From the human T2T-CHM13v2.0 reference genome, Homo sapiens, in assembly GCF_009914755.1 (NCBI RefSeq), contig NC_060943.1: a stretch of DNA of 64,000 nt; one strand, written 5' to 3'. Below, piece after piece: positions 14,900 to 30,854 of the stretch (position 1 is its first letter; each line of letters starts with the position of its first letter). Made by a program: the position numbers and the translations under genes. The notes under the pieces were generated by a model. The model was given only the letters and a program-made list of their open reading frames with translations. It was not told where the DNA came from and ran no database searches.

Positions 14900-15120
14900 C
14901 GATGGCACTAGCCAATCCCTGCCAGGCAGGAATATGAACCTCTCAATATGGCCAGACAATCTGATTTTTAAGGAGAAAATGGAAATCTAATAATTTGGCA
15001 GTAAAATCTGATTATTGAATGTTGGCTTCTTCTTATTATGATTTTTAAAATTTACTGTGAGCCAAGCAAATCACATCTGTGAGCCAGACATTGCCCAAGG
15101 AAGCTGGCTTACAACCACAG
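14900..15120. mobile_element. hAT-Charlie MITE fragment (MER102-like)
   Basis: TCTGATTTTTAAGGAGAAA...GCCAAGCAAATCACATCTGTGAGCCAGA resembles hAT MER termini. Confidence 0.35.
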
Positions 15121-15636
15121 TCCTGAGATGTCACTACTGATAGCAATTTCTATCTATGTTTAAGGAAGGAAGAAGAAGAAAAAAGAGACTCCGATTTGAA
15201 ACCATAAATGACCACAGCCACATCTGCCTACTTGGAAGGTGCATCGTTTCTCTCCAGTCTGGAATAATTTCTAAGAAGTATACTATGACAGGTCTGGGCT
15301 GGAAGCTCTCCCTGTCACCATCCCCACACATCCCCAGAGGTCTGTGCCCTGCTACAAATGAAGCCCATCCCTCTCTCCCCGCACCTTCCTGAAAGTTTCC
15401 ACATGTGACTGCCATTTTCCAGGAGAGCCTGGGGGTCTAGGGAAGGGCTGCTGCTCCACGCCTGTGTTCATGCAGTTAGTAGAGGAGCCAAAGCCACAAG
15501 GAGCAAAACTCCTGATGTGTCAATAATTCTATATAACGAGGAAGTGGGAGAAAAAGAAGTCACGCAGACTGCCCAGAGATCTTAGGTAGGGGGTTTCTGG
15601 GCTTTTTACAGGAAGTGGGTCTGGATTCTAGATTGA

Positions 15637-15815
15637 TCTATGTATGTATGTATCTATCTATCTATCATCTATCTAGCCATCCATCTATCTATCTATCCAT
15701 CTATCTATCTATCCATCATCTATCTATCCATTATCTATCTATCTATGTATTATCTATCATCTATCTATCATCTATCCATCCATTCATCTATCATCTATCT
15801 GTCATCTATCTATCC

Positions 15816-15861
<46 letters not shown>
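15637..15861. repeat. Complex (TATC/TCCA)n tetranucleotide repeat
   Basis: About 225 bp of interrupted TATC; it explains ORFs 15615-15921. Confidence 0.95.
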
Positions 15862-15864
<3 letters not shown>

Positions 15865-17252
15865 ATTATCTTAAAGGTTAGCATGATCCCAGAAGCTCGG
15901 AACACTTGTGGTTATGTTTAGCCATGCAGCCAATATTGTCCCCAGAGAGAAGGGCACACCCCGTAAGCTGCTTCACAGTGGATCATGAGTCCTAAAAATA
16001 TAAGAGGCATGGGGAGTAGGGTGTGAGATTTGCAGACAAAGGTTGGTATTCCAGAATGTTGTGACCTCTCTGCATTCAGCCACCCGATGGCAGGGCTGGG
16101 GGATCCTCCACCCTGGAGATGCCATGTAGGCATTACCTCGTGGCCACAGAGCAAATCCTGGAGCAGCTGTGAGCAGGGCATTTGCTCCTTCTCTGGGCTG
16201 TGGAGATACCTAAGCACACACACAATCTTGGTGGCAGCAGAGGTGCTATTGAGTAAATAGAAATGGCCATGGAACTCTTATTACAGCATTCATAGGGGTT
16301 AAAGAAGCTAATATGTTTGTCAAACAGGAGGGCTGAGTGGACGTGTCCTATGGCCTCCCTTGGAAATGGCTCTTTCTGCTTCAGATAGTGGAAGGCTTCC
16401 AGACACACAGTCCCCACCCATTCCTTCTCCTGGGGAAGTAGCCTTAACTTACACAGACAGCCCGAAAGAGTCTGGGGACTTGTAGCTCAGAACGAAGGAA
16501 AATGACATCCTCCAGCCTGGCTTAGGAACATTGCTGTTCCCAACCCCGTACAGGAGACGCCTTTCTTCTTATCTTCTTCTGGGGGATTTTAGAGCCACTC
16601 ATCATGAGTCACAGTGAAGAGGTGAGTTTTTCTTACATCTGCTTAGCTATAATTAATGTATGAATTGTTGGCATTGTTTTTCTTTAAAAAAAAATTAGAA
16701 CAACTGCAAAGGGAGAGTAATGTGCCCACCCGTGGTCTGACTAATGTCATCTCACATATCCAGATCAGTGTATTTGGTTAAAGCAATGTGAACTGTAAAT
16801 CTGAATAATTTATCAAACTATTGAACCACTTGTAAAATAATTGAAGCTTGAGCCTAGTTTTGCATAACAGATTTAAACTGAAGAGCAATGTATTAGCAAG
16901 ATCTCAACCTCTAGAAATAGAAATGGCTGTAAGAGGGCTGACAGTCTTTATCATAAAACACACATATATAAAGCATTCATAACTGGCCACTGTCTTTAAC
17001 AATGACTTGGTAGCATTTGCAGCCCACCCCAACTGGATCCTAGCACAGAGGAAGGGAGGCTGAGATGGTGGAGGAAAAGGGTCACTGACAAAATATTTGA
17101 TAATCTCAGAGTTTAAGGGTCTGGGGCTGGGAGAGCAGAGACGTTCTTTCATCCATAGCATAGGTTAGCTTGACAATTGCATACAAACCAAAGGTCTGGC
17201 GAAGACCAGCTGGAGGTATTTAGTTGGCAACGGATAAGATTGACTCCACCAA

Positions 17253-17717
<465 letters not shown>

Positions 17718-18604
17718 TCAACCACATTCAGTGAGGATCGGTGGAGAAGCACACTTCCTCCTTCATTTTAAAACTTCATTATGAAAGTATTGAGATACAT
17801 ATATTATAGTAACAAAATTTGGGGGAAAAACAGATAAGCAAAAGAGAAAGAAAAGGAATCAGAAATCATAATCTCTAGGGAGAATCCTTCTGCACATTGG
17901 TCTGAGCAGTGATTTTTGGATATAATACCAAAAGCACAGACAACATAAGCAAAAATAGACAAGCAGGACTGCACCACACTAAAAAGCTTGTATGCAACAA
18001 AGGAAAGAATCAGTACAGTGAAAAGGCAGCCTACAGAGTGGGAGAATATATGCGTGAACTTTGTATCTATCTAGTGAGGAGTTACTATCTAAAACATATC
18101 AGAAACACAAATCTGTAAAAAAATACAAATCACCCAATTAAAAAATGGGCTACATTGCTGAACAGACATTTCTCAAAAGAAAGACACACAAATGGTCAAC
18201 AGGTGTATGAAAAGGCACTCGGCATCACTAATCATCAGGGAAATGCAAATTAAAACCACGGTGAAATATCGCCTCGTGCCTCTTAGGATGGCTATTATCA
18301 AACAGAGAAAAGATAACAGGTGTTGGCAAGGATGTGGGGAAAAAGGGAGCCCTTGTACATCCCTGGTGGGAATGAAAATTGGCACAGCTGCTATGAAAAA
18401 TAGAATGGAGATTTCTCAAAAAATAAAAAACAGAATTACCATAAGATCCAATAATGCCACTTCTGGGTATATGTAGAATGGAAAAGATATCAGTAACTGG
18501 AAGAGATATCTTCACTCTTATGTTTATTATGGCATTATTCACAATAGCCAAGATATGGAAACAACCTAAAAGTCTGTCAACAGATGAATGGATAAAGGAA
18601 ATGT

Positions 18605-18605
<1 letters not shown>

Positions 18606-18642
<37 letters not shown>
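18606..18642. repeat. (CA)n microsatellite
   Basis: Pure CA run of about 18 units. Confidence 0.95.
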
Positions 18643-18646
<4 letters not shown>

Positions 18647-18682
18647 ATGGAATATTATTCAGCCTTAAAAATGGAAAACCTG

Positions 18683-19100
<418 letters not shown>

Positions 19101-19540
19101 TCAGCCTCATAGAGGCAGGGGGTAGAATGGTATCTGCCGTGAGTTGTGGGGGTTGGGGAAAACGGAAAGACATTGGTCAAAGGGCACAGTTAGGGAAGAT
19201 GAATGAGTTATTTGGGTCTAATGTAGCCCATGGTAACTGTAGTTAACAATATTGTATACTTGAAATTTTTGAAGAGTATAGATCTTAAGTGTTATCAACA
19301 CATACACACACACGCACACACAATGGTAAATATGTGAGATGATGTGTATATTAACTAGCTTGATTGTGGTAATCATCTTACAGTGTATATATATTTTGTG
19401 AAATATATATATAGTGATATATATCAAAAGTCAAGTTTTACAAGTTAAATACATACAATTTCTATTTGTCAATTTTATTTCAATAAAACTGAAAATTAGA
19501 AATAAATTGAGAAACAAAAAAATAAATAAATCACAATCTC

Positions 19541-19842
<302 letters not shown>

Positions 19843-20149
19843 TCACAATCTTAACAGCCAGAGGTGCATGTCATTTCAAATTTTTCCATCTTGCATTATA
19901 TGAGAAGTTGTTTATAAAATGTAGATCATACAATCTCAATCTGTAGCTTTAAATTAGCAACACATATTGTTATTACAGGTAACAATACGTATGTTGAATA
20001 TGCATACCTACCATGTCCATATAAAGCATGTACAAAATTATTTCTAATGGCTACATACCATTCTTCCTGCCCTGCGGTTTACAAATGAGCAGAGGCCGAT
20101 TCTGATTTTGATGTTCATAAACAATGCTGATATAACAATAACTGAAAAA

Positions 20150-20370
20150 ACTAAGGAAGCATTCTCTATGCTTTATCTTTTAATCCTACTAACCCTAGAA
20201 AGGAGATATTGTTAATTTCTCCATTTTATGGCTGAGGAAAATGGACTTAGAGAATCTAAGTAACTAACAAGCTGTGACATTCCGGGCAAGGATCAGAGCT
20301 GGAATTTAAACCCAGGTCTGTCTGATGCTTCAGCCATGATTGGTAATTACCACAATCTACTGCTGTCTAC
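20150..20370 (-). mobile_element. MIR
   Basis: CCATTTTATGGCTGAGGAAA...GAGCTGGAATTTAAACCCAGGTCTGTCTGA. Confidence 0.65.
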
Positions 20371-20607
20371 ACACATCTATTGTATTTTTTCCTGATTACT
20401 TCTTCAGGATAAATTCCTGAAACTATACTTGCTGGGACAAAGGAGATCAGAATTTTAAATCTGGGAAACAGAAAAGATGGTTGTGATGTTCAGAGACGTG
20501 CAGGCTGATGACATGGCTGAAGATTTGGTTCCTTCCGGCTCACTTACCGGCCCGACTGGAACCGAGAGGTAGACCATGGGTCACATGTGCTCCAAAACGG
20601 AACAACC

Positions 20608-20910
20608 TGCCAGGTGAGGTGGCTCACGCCTGTAATCCCAGCACTTTGGGAGGCCAAGCCAGGAGGTTCACCTGAGGTCAGGAGTTGGAGACCAGCCTGG
20701 CCAGCATGGCGAAACCCCCTCTCTACTAAAAATACAACAAGTAGCTGGGTGTGATGGTGGGCACCTGTAATCCCAGCTACTCAGGAGGCTGAGGCACAAG
20801 AATTGCTTGAACTCAGGAGGCGCACGTTGCAGTAAGTTGAGATTACACCACTGCACTACAGCCTGGGGCAACAGAGTGAGACCTGGTCTCAAAAAAAACA
20901 AAACCCAAAA
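20608..20910 (+). mobile_element. AluSx-like
   Basis: Full dimer with A tail. Confidence 0.9.
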
Positions 20911-23079
20911 TGTTCACAAGGAACAGCCTTCCTTGTGAGTCAGAGAACATCCCCTCCCCAAAAGCATTCCAGCCAAGTATGCAGGGGACCCTGGCAGAGA
21001 TGTCAGCACCAGGAAGGAGACTGAAGACCCAGTGCCCTCTCCAATTCTCCGGTTCTTTCAGACCGCAGCCCATCCGGCCGTCTGGTGCTATAATTATGAC
21101 ATAAAATTTGGGGAGTCTTTATTTATATGCCATACTTACTAAATCAGTGTTTCAAAACTATTTCTATAAAAGAAAAGTCATCTTTGATCTCTAAAAATGT
21201 AGGGGGGTAGGTGGTGGAGGAGGAAGGCATGAACCCATATAAGGAAATACATTCAACTGGAGCAAAATGCAAAAACGGCCTCTGTTTCGGATTAGGAGCC
21301 TTTGTTCCCTGGCAATGGCTGTCCTCCACCTTGCCGGAGTCTTCTGTCCAGGCTTGTTTTATTTGTGAGAGCCAGAGCCACATGTTATTATAACTTAAAA
21401 TGCATATCCACCTCAAGAAAGCTGTGACGTATCTACCGAAAGAGACACAGACTGCCTAGCCTAAGTTGGCCTTTTTTTCCCCTTCTTAGCCTAAGTTGGC
21501 CTTTTCTTCCCTTCTATTCTAATAGACCTTGTTCTTTTTTTTTTTCTTTTTGTCACTCAAAATGAGTGTCTGATGTACTAGCATAAATTGTTAAAAGCAG
21601 TTTTAGGTAAAGGAAGAGAGAGTAAAGTGGAGATTTTTTCACAAAAGCCAACCTCAATTTATGTCAAAGAGGGTTAAAAGACCTTGGGATTAAAGCAATA
21701 AACTTGCTGCTGTCAAAGCTAAAACCCGCTAACAATTTAGTGCCAAACGCATGTTGTTCAATATCATTTCATATTATATTATGTCACAAAGAGCTGATGG
21801 TTCTGCATCACCCTGACAAGGCTGATTTACTCTGAAGAATTCATCGACATTTTGCACAGTCAAACTGACTTCATTTTGTTTGGATGGACGGTGGGAAATG
21901 TCTCTGTACTCGAGTTCGAATATTAGTCTGAAAATCTATTGTGGATTAAAGATTCAGGAGGACTGTTGGTCTACAGCTTTGCCAAGTAAGGTCTTTGAAA
22001 GGTAGCTATAGACTTTTGAATGCCTTCATTGGCGAAGTGCTTAGACCAAAGACTAATAAAAATCAACAGACGTTAAGTTAGATTTTTGCGGCACCCCTTA
22101 AAGTATGTGAACTGTTAGCCAACTCTCCGGAAAAAGAAAGTTGTAGGAGCAGATTTTCCCCAGACTAGATATCAATTATTTATAAATTTCTCAAAAGATA
22201 TTAATCACCCTATTTTCTTAATTATGTGCACCCATAATTCCCTTTTCCCATTTTATTTTTTACTGGAACAAACTCATAGTTGTAATTGTGGACATTAAGA
22301 TGTCTTGTCGTTCAAAGGTGATGGGGCAGTGGGTATGTAGGACTTCAAGTCAGGGAGACAAGATTTTTTCCTGGGACGATTACAGAAGGAATAGTGGCTC
22401 TGAAATTATATGACCTCTGCCTTGAAGAGCTAGATACAAATGAGGTCATTTTTTAAAATCAAATGATTGAATATACTATACACAGTAAAATAATATTTAC
22501 ATAAATGTGGATCATTTATGAAATATGTATCTATATTTATATACTTAAGTCTGAAAGATGATTCAACAAAATATTGAGTGGTTATTTCTGGGAGATGATA
22601 TTAGAGGCAAAAGTTGATTTTTTTTTCTTTTCAACCTACAGATATTTTCAAATTTTCTTTTATTAAAAAAAGAAAAAAGATATAAAATTATACTGAAGGA
22701 ATTGATTGTCCAAAGCTATTCCACAGTGAATGTCTTTGTAAAGTGTGATCCAATGGTTTAAATCAGAAGAAAGAAATTCCTAATCTAAAAGGGTTCTACA
22801 ATTGTTGTTTTCAAACATTGCTTTCTTCAGAATGTGGCCCTTCCATGGTCAGCCCTCTGCCCTGCAGGAAGGAAAATGAGTAAGATGTTGTTGCTTCTAC
22901 ATCGAGTGGCTGGGATTCTAAGCCCAATATCCTCAGGGCGCTGTGTGCATTCCACTGAAGATGTGATTGACAAGCTAGGAGGAGGCCAGCCTCCACCACC
23001 CAAAGGGTGCTGAAAGGCCTAGACGGGGTTCCAAACAACTCCAGGTGGCAGGATCAAGTGACTCCAGAAAAGGAAACTC

Positions 23080-23100
23080 TGTGTGTGTGTGTGTGTGTGT
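23080..23100. repeat. (TG)n microsatellite
   Basis: TG run. Confidence 0.9.
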
Positions 23101-23155
23101 ATGTGATTTGATTTCTTCTACAAGGATGAAGGAGATGCTTCTCAGACTTGCCTGA

Positions 23156-23623
<468 letters not shown>

Positions 23624-24784
23624 TAAGTCAATAAGAAAGTGCCATGCGTACAGAACACCACGACACCTCTGCCTAACACAGTGTGTGGCCTCAGTTTCCT
23701 TCTCAGTGTGATTGGCACTAACACACGTGTCAGGTCTGTCCTGCAGGGTTAATGTGGAACCCAGCTGCATAAGGCATAGCCAATGAACTGAATAGACACC
23801 TTCCAGTGCCTAGGTAGCAGTTTGGGGGTGGCACAGTGGGGTGAGACGTTACCGCACACCCCAGGTGCTCCCTATCTAGGGATGAACTGAAACCAAGGCC
23901 CAGATGTGGTAAGGGCCAAAAGAAGGGCAGAGTAAGTGTGCTGCACACCCAGTACTTTTCTCAGGGCACAGGAGGGGTGTTGGTGGAGGAAGTCGCAGTG
24001 GAGCTGTGTTTTGGAGGACAAGAAGGCAATTGCCTAAGGAACACTTTGAGATACAAGACAGTTATGGTTAGGAGACAATTCCCAATAGTAACCCCTAATG
24101 AGATAAGAGTGAGTGGAGAGCTTGGCTTTCCTGTTTATTTCTCATGCAGCCCTTGCAGAAGGCAGAATAATCAACCCATGTGGATGCAGACATTCCCCTT
24201 AAGCCATCCCCAGCCCTCCCTCTCCCTCCTTTTGTCCCAAGACAGACAACCCCTAAAGCATGAGCTCATCCCCTTTTGCACACTGGATCCTGTTCCTTGG
24301 ACTGTGCTCCTGTTCTAGGTTCCTCTGTCCCCAAAGAGCTTCTAACCATGGCCATGCCTCTGCCACCCTTGGCTTCTCATCCCGACATCCAGGAATTGTC
24401 CTGCCCACTTTGGACCAGCCCTGCTTCTGGCAAGCACCTGAGGCTCTCAGCGGCCCACTGGGCAGAGACCTGGGCGAGGACAGTGCCACTGAGGGCCAGG
24501 AAGTTTTGTAGGATATACACCCAGTCATCCTCACTGACCAATCACTCTTGCCTGGCTCTCTGGTAACACAGAGCTCCCAGACCAGAAACTTCCCTCCAGG
24601 AGTAACTGCGCTGGTATGGAAAGTGGAAAAGCAATAGCAACAATTCTATAACCCAGAGCACAATGGGCTGATGACAAGGGCTGGAACGCACACAAGAGAG
24701 TGTCAGGGTCAGGGTCGGAGGAAGGTACTCAGATGAGGAGACACCTGGCCTGTGTCTCCAACAGGGACACATAACCCCAAGTTT

Positions 24785-25221
<437 letters not shown>

Positions 25222-25309
25222 CTAAGAAGTCTTAACCTTATCTTCTAGGGACCCCGAGTTGCAGAGGGGATTTAGACAGAGATAAGGATACGGTTAGTTT
25301 GTTGTGTTG

Positions 25310-26100
25310 AAAAGTTGCATCTCATTGTAGTTTTGCTTTTCATTTTCCTAACAAGGATTGGTGTTAAGCACCTTTTCCTGGCCTTCACTCGCATTTTTGT
25401 ATCTTCTTTGGAGGAACATCTCTGCAGATCCTTTGCCCATTTTTAAATATTGTGATTTATCTTTGTATTGTAGAGTTGACATGGTTCTTTATATATTTTG
25501 TGTAATAGTCTCTTATCAAATATATGATTACAAATATTCTATTCATCTATCATCTGAACTATTGAAGCCTCCTCCTGTAGGCCTCCTTCCTCCTTTTCTT
25601 GCTCCCCTACAATCTAGTAGCCAGAGAGATTTTTTTAACATAAATCATAACATAAACATAGCCCTAGTTCTCCATGCAATATGATTTTTTCAAAATGTTT
25701 CTTCGACCGAGTCACTCTCCTGCTTCAAAAAATAGATTTAAGAAAATAAACCCCTTTTCTTGCTTCCCACTGCTGTTGGGATGATGTCCAGGACCCTTCC
25801 CTTGGACTCTAAAGGCCCTAAATGATTTGTTCTTTTTTGCAACGCCACTTCAATTCTCACCACTCTGCACCATCGCCATCCCCCAGCACAGTGATTTGAT
25901 TTCAGATCCCCAAGCTTCCCTGCATCCCATCCTCTTTGCATTCCAGAAGACTCTCTCACCCCTCTTCCCTGGCCAATTTCCTTTCACCTGTATCAGGTTA
26001 AATGCTGCTTCTCTTGGGAGAACATCACTGACCCTTTCAACCTAAATCAAGTCCCCTTTAGACAAGGACAGTGCTCATCAAACTCATCACACTTTGATTG
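25310..26100 (-). mobile_element. L1M fragment (about 25310-25545) followed by an L2 fragment
   Basis: CATCTCATTGTAGTTTTG...TCCTTTGCCCATTTTT (L1); CCCCTACAATCTA...GTCACTCTCCTGCTTCAAA (L2). Confidence 0.55.
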
Positions 26101-27190
26101 GAGGAATTATTGATTGATGGTCCTTAGACTAAAAGTGGGAGAAGGACGGGGCCCATCTGCTCTGTGTCTGTAGAGGAAAGTGCCAGAATGAAGGTCCCCT
26201 TCGGCCACCAGGGGCCCAATGGAGAAGCTGTGTCCACAAGGTCTCTCTCTGAGACTGCCGTCTTCCCAGGTGAAGGCGTACCCGATAAAGCTCTTATCAA
26301 AAGAGCATTCACTATATTTCTGTCCCACTCTGTATAGGCTGCTCACTCTTTCTCCCAACAGATTTGGAAATCACAAAATTTATGAAATTTCACCCAAGTC
26401 TTTGCTGACTTTTGGTGCTGAAGAAAGTGCCATCAAAATCACCCCCACAATTCATTAGTAATTCATCAGCCTTTTCTCCCTCACCCTAAGGGACAAAGAA
26501 CCATGTTTCTTAGAGCTTGGGAGAGCCCCACTGCCTTTGTTGTTTGTGTCTGTGTGTTTTAAGTTTTATTTTAAGAATGATTTTCTAAGAGGCCTTTGAA
26601 GTATAAAGCTGCCGCCTTTGCTAAACCTAATGTTCTTGTAAATTTTCACCTTGGATCTGACAGTGAATCAGAGACAGAGCTGGAAAGGGCTTCAGTGAAG
26701 GCAGTGATTGGGAAATAGGTCCAGAGGGTGGGCACCTTGTTTTTGCTGCCTTTTCACAGGTCACTTGGAAGGAGTACTCTAGTTGTCTCTTTTTGCTTTT
26801 AGAAACTTCCCTTCCCAACATTCTTGGCTGCCCCAAACAGCCATGCCCTCTGATGGCTCAGAGGTGGATCATGTGACCTATACTTAAGCCAACCAGCCCT
26901 TCATGTCCATTAGTCCTCGGTGATTAGTTTGGAATTAGACATTTGACCCAAGTACAGCCACCAATCACATGCAAACAGGTTGTGGGAATGCTGGGTGAGA
27001 AGCTCTCATTTTCCCCTAAGCTGTAGGTGAGGGTGGGTGCAGATGCCAGAGCTGCTGCAACTATCCTATGAATAGAGTGCAGAGATGGTTAGGGCTTGGT
27101 CTGAGAACCCTGCCCCAGTCCTAATGCAGGGGGGCCTAGAGGCAGCATCCCTGCTGCCATTATTAGTTATGCAAGGTGGTGAATTTCTTT

Positions 27191-27499
<309 letters not shown>

Positions 27500-28930
27500 T
27501 GAATTTCTTTATCCTAGGTTCTGGCCACTTTCACAGACAGTGTCCTTTTAACGCACTCTACCCCGTGTTTCTATGCCTGCTCTCCGGATGGAACTCGGCT
27601 GCCATTCGTCCATGCAGCTGTGTGCACGTGAAGGGCCCTCTACCAGGACGGCACGGTCCTCAGGCCTGAGTATCCTGCGGCCTGCTGTGGTCTCACTGAC
27701 CCTCCTCACCCAGGACAACCTCCAGCTCCCTGTAGCCACCTGTCTCTCTCAACTGGGCAGCTCTTGCATTTTGAGTGGGTTGAGTCATCCTCCTGTGGAG
27801 CTTTCACAGGTGCTGCGAGGAGCCAAGTAGTCTACCTGTCTGGCCCCACCACTGTGACAACCTTCACACACATGTTTGATGGGACCATGGCATTTAGAGC
27901 CTGCATCCACCTTCTCACCCTTATCTTCCAGCGTCCTGCCTTCCTTCACAGGACAGAAGGAGAGTTGGCAGCCCCAGGCTCACTCTATCCCATGGCCGTC
28001 CCTCCTGAGGCTTCACTTCTGCAAGGTAGGAGCCTGGAGATGCTGCCCTAGCCAGGTAAAAGGAAGACAGAGACACTCATCTACATGTTATCATAGTCCC
28101 TTCCCCGAGGCTGGGAAAGGAGGATTTTATTCTCCAGGCAACGTCCACTGGCAACGCTGCCCAGGCAGCTGGTCCCTAGCCCCACTGGAGGCATTCCAAC
28201 CACTTAACACAGTTTTTCAATTTCCACTGTTTTTGCACATACATTTCCATCCCTGGGATGGATTGCCACGGGGCTTTCCTCTCCAAAATTCTGATGGATG
28301 GCATTTTTACCCTGCAATGATCCCTAAGTTAAAGTGATATTCACCAATATTTATTACGTGGTAATGGCATGGAGCACCAGATCAAAAATTCATGGCAAGC
28401 ACACACTGCAACACTCTCCCTGAATGCTCTCAGAGCAGATATATGATTCTATGGATATGCACATCTGTATGTAAGTAGTGTACGCATGCGTGTGCACTCA
28501 TATACACACACACACAGCCTGGGCCACATCTTGTCTTTCAACTCCGGTGGCACTACAGTAACAAACCGGTCTAGAAGCAGGCCTGAGAGACAGGATTTCT
28601 CAACCAAGAGATGGGCAGATGTGAGTTTAAAGGAAGAGCCAGTAGCAGGAGGTTCAGTTTCTCCCACTCTACCACCAGCTGGGAGTTAATTCATCAGTTC
28701 TGGGACTCATTCAAACAGCATGGCATGACACTGGTGGAAAGCAAACACATCCTCTGAATGCCTGCTGTATTCTGCAGAGGAGAGCAGGGAGCTGAGCCTG
28801 GTATCCGGAGCTCAAGGCCTGATAGCCCGGACTCACATGAAGGCCAGAGGATGAGCTCCCAGAACTCCACGAGTCTTGGCCTAATGTCTTTTAGCCAAGA
28901 GCATTTGGTGAAACAAAAAAGACCCTTTGA

Positions 28931-29232
28931 GGCCAAGCGTGGTGGCTCATGTCTGTAATCCCAGCACTTTGGGGGGGCCAAGGCAGGGGATCGCTCGAGG
29001 CAGGGAGTTCAAAACCAGCCTGGGAAACATGGCAAGATCCTGTCTCTACCAATAATTTAAAAATTAGCCTGGTGTGGTGGCATGTGCCTGTGGTTCCAGC
29101 TACTCAGGCAACTGGGATGGGAAGATAAGATCACTTAAGCCCAAGCATTCAAGCCTGCAATGAGCTATGATTTTGCCACTGCACTCCAGCCTGGGCGATA
29201 AAGAAAGGCCCTGTCTCTAAATAAGAATAATA
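28931..29232 (+). mobile_element. AluJ
   Basis: Diverged dimer; TSD AAGACCCTT. Confidence 0.88.
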
Positions 29233-29970
29233 AGACCCTTCACAAGCCTCAACAAAGATAGATCCAAGATCCTGGCTCCTCACTCCACAGGTAGCCAGAG
29301 AAGACCCTGCCATCTCCTGAGCCTACCCTAACCTCTCCCACTAGGTTTGATCCTCTCTCCTTTGTGTCCTGACCCACATGACTGCCTGCACCCATCCCCA
29401 CCTTGGTAACATTCCCCAGGAAATCATTTTAGTGCCTCTTTCCTGCCCTTATGCCTCTAATCTATTTTGATTTTCTGTTACTGTGCCTAGGAATGCCAAT
29501 GCATTGTTGAACAGAAGGGGCTAGGCATCAGGGACAGCATCCCACCTCTCTGGCCATCTTTTAGCCATTAAAATTTGCCATCACCTATTGTTGACCTGCC
29601 GCCGAGCTCCATGGAAAGAACACAAGATACGTATTGCAATGGTGTGAAAACATTTGGCTCCAATTTTTTCTATATATATATAAATTTTTTTCTCCCTTTT
29701 CTTCCTCCTTTTGACCCACAGAAAAGAGAACCCTAAGTCCCCACACTCTGTCACTTCATAAATCTCTCTCTAATTGCACCCTTGGGGTCTCTCTTGGCCA
29801 GTCTTTCAGAAGAAGGGCTACCTGGCCTTCCAAGGATTGGTTTATCACCTTAGTTGCTTTTTGCCAGGTTTTCTCCATCACAAGAGTCTTTTCTTTAATG
29901 ACCTGAGCTATTTACAATAAGGAAATAACGTGGTCATAATCAGAGCTGGGGTGATTTTGCTTTATACAAG

Positions 29971-29971
<1 letters not shown>

Positions 29972-30038
<67 letters not shown>

Positions 30039-30176
30039 TATACACACACACACACACACATATATGTATATACACACACATATATGTATATATGTATATA
30101 TGTGTGTATATATGCATATATATGTATATATGGTGTGTGTATATATGTATGTTGTGTGTGTGTGTGTGTGTATGTA
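29972..30176. repeat. Compound (CT)n(TA)n(CA)n...(TG)n microsatellite
   Basis: Seen directly in the sequence. Confidence 0.95.
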
Positions 30177-30854
30177 TAAAAGGCATCTATCTGCCCTTCT
30201 CCACCTCCTGAAATATTCCTCAACTGAGATTTCCATCAAACCCACCAATGACCTAGGAGTATCTAGGTGGGTCTCCTTGCACTGTTGACCATGGTGAGTT
30301 CACTTGGAAAGCCCTGCTCTAGGGACAATGTGCATCCTATTCTGTGCCCCCAGCATGCATATGCCCAAATCCCCCAAGAATAGAAGAAAGACAATGCATT
30401 GCTATTTCCGTCTCCAAAATTACCGTGGATGGCATTGATAAGTCTGAAGGAGGGAGAAAAGGAAGAATAGAAGGATAGGGCGTTAGCGAGAGGGCAAGGA
30501 GAACAAAGGAAGGCATTGTTGGACAATAAGCAGCAGGTGAACAGGAACACTTTGTCCAGAGGGCCTCCACAGTGGGGAGGGAGCAGGTAGGAAGACAGCG
30601 GTACTTAGAATCTTAGCCAGAGTTCAAATTATAGGGCACTGTTTCATTCCCCAAATCAGGTATTTAGAAACACAGATAGAGGGAATCCCTTTCCAGGCTT
30701 CCATTGTCTCCCATAAAAGCATGCTGGATGGGCATAGAGAGAAAAAATGAAGCAGAAACTCACAAAATTAGACTCAACATGAATTTGATGGGGTGTAGAA
30801 ACGTCCTGCAATCAGAGGAGACATGCTCCCACCTTTAAACATGAGAGGGCTGGG

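Noticed and set aside
27548-28337. Overlapping 85-153 aa ORFs in unique GC-richer DNA
   Set aside because: No recognisable domain or consistent exon structure; lengths are compatible with chance.
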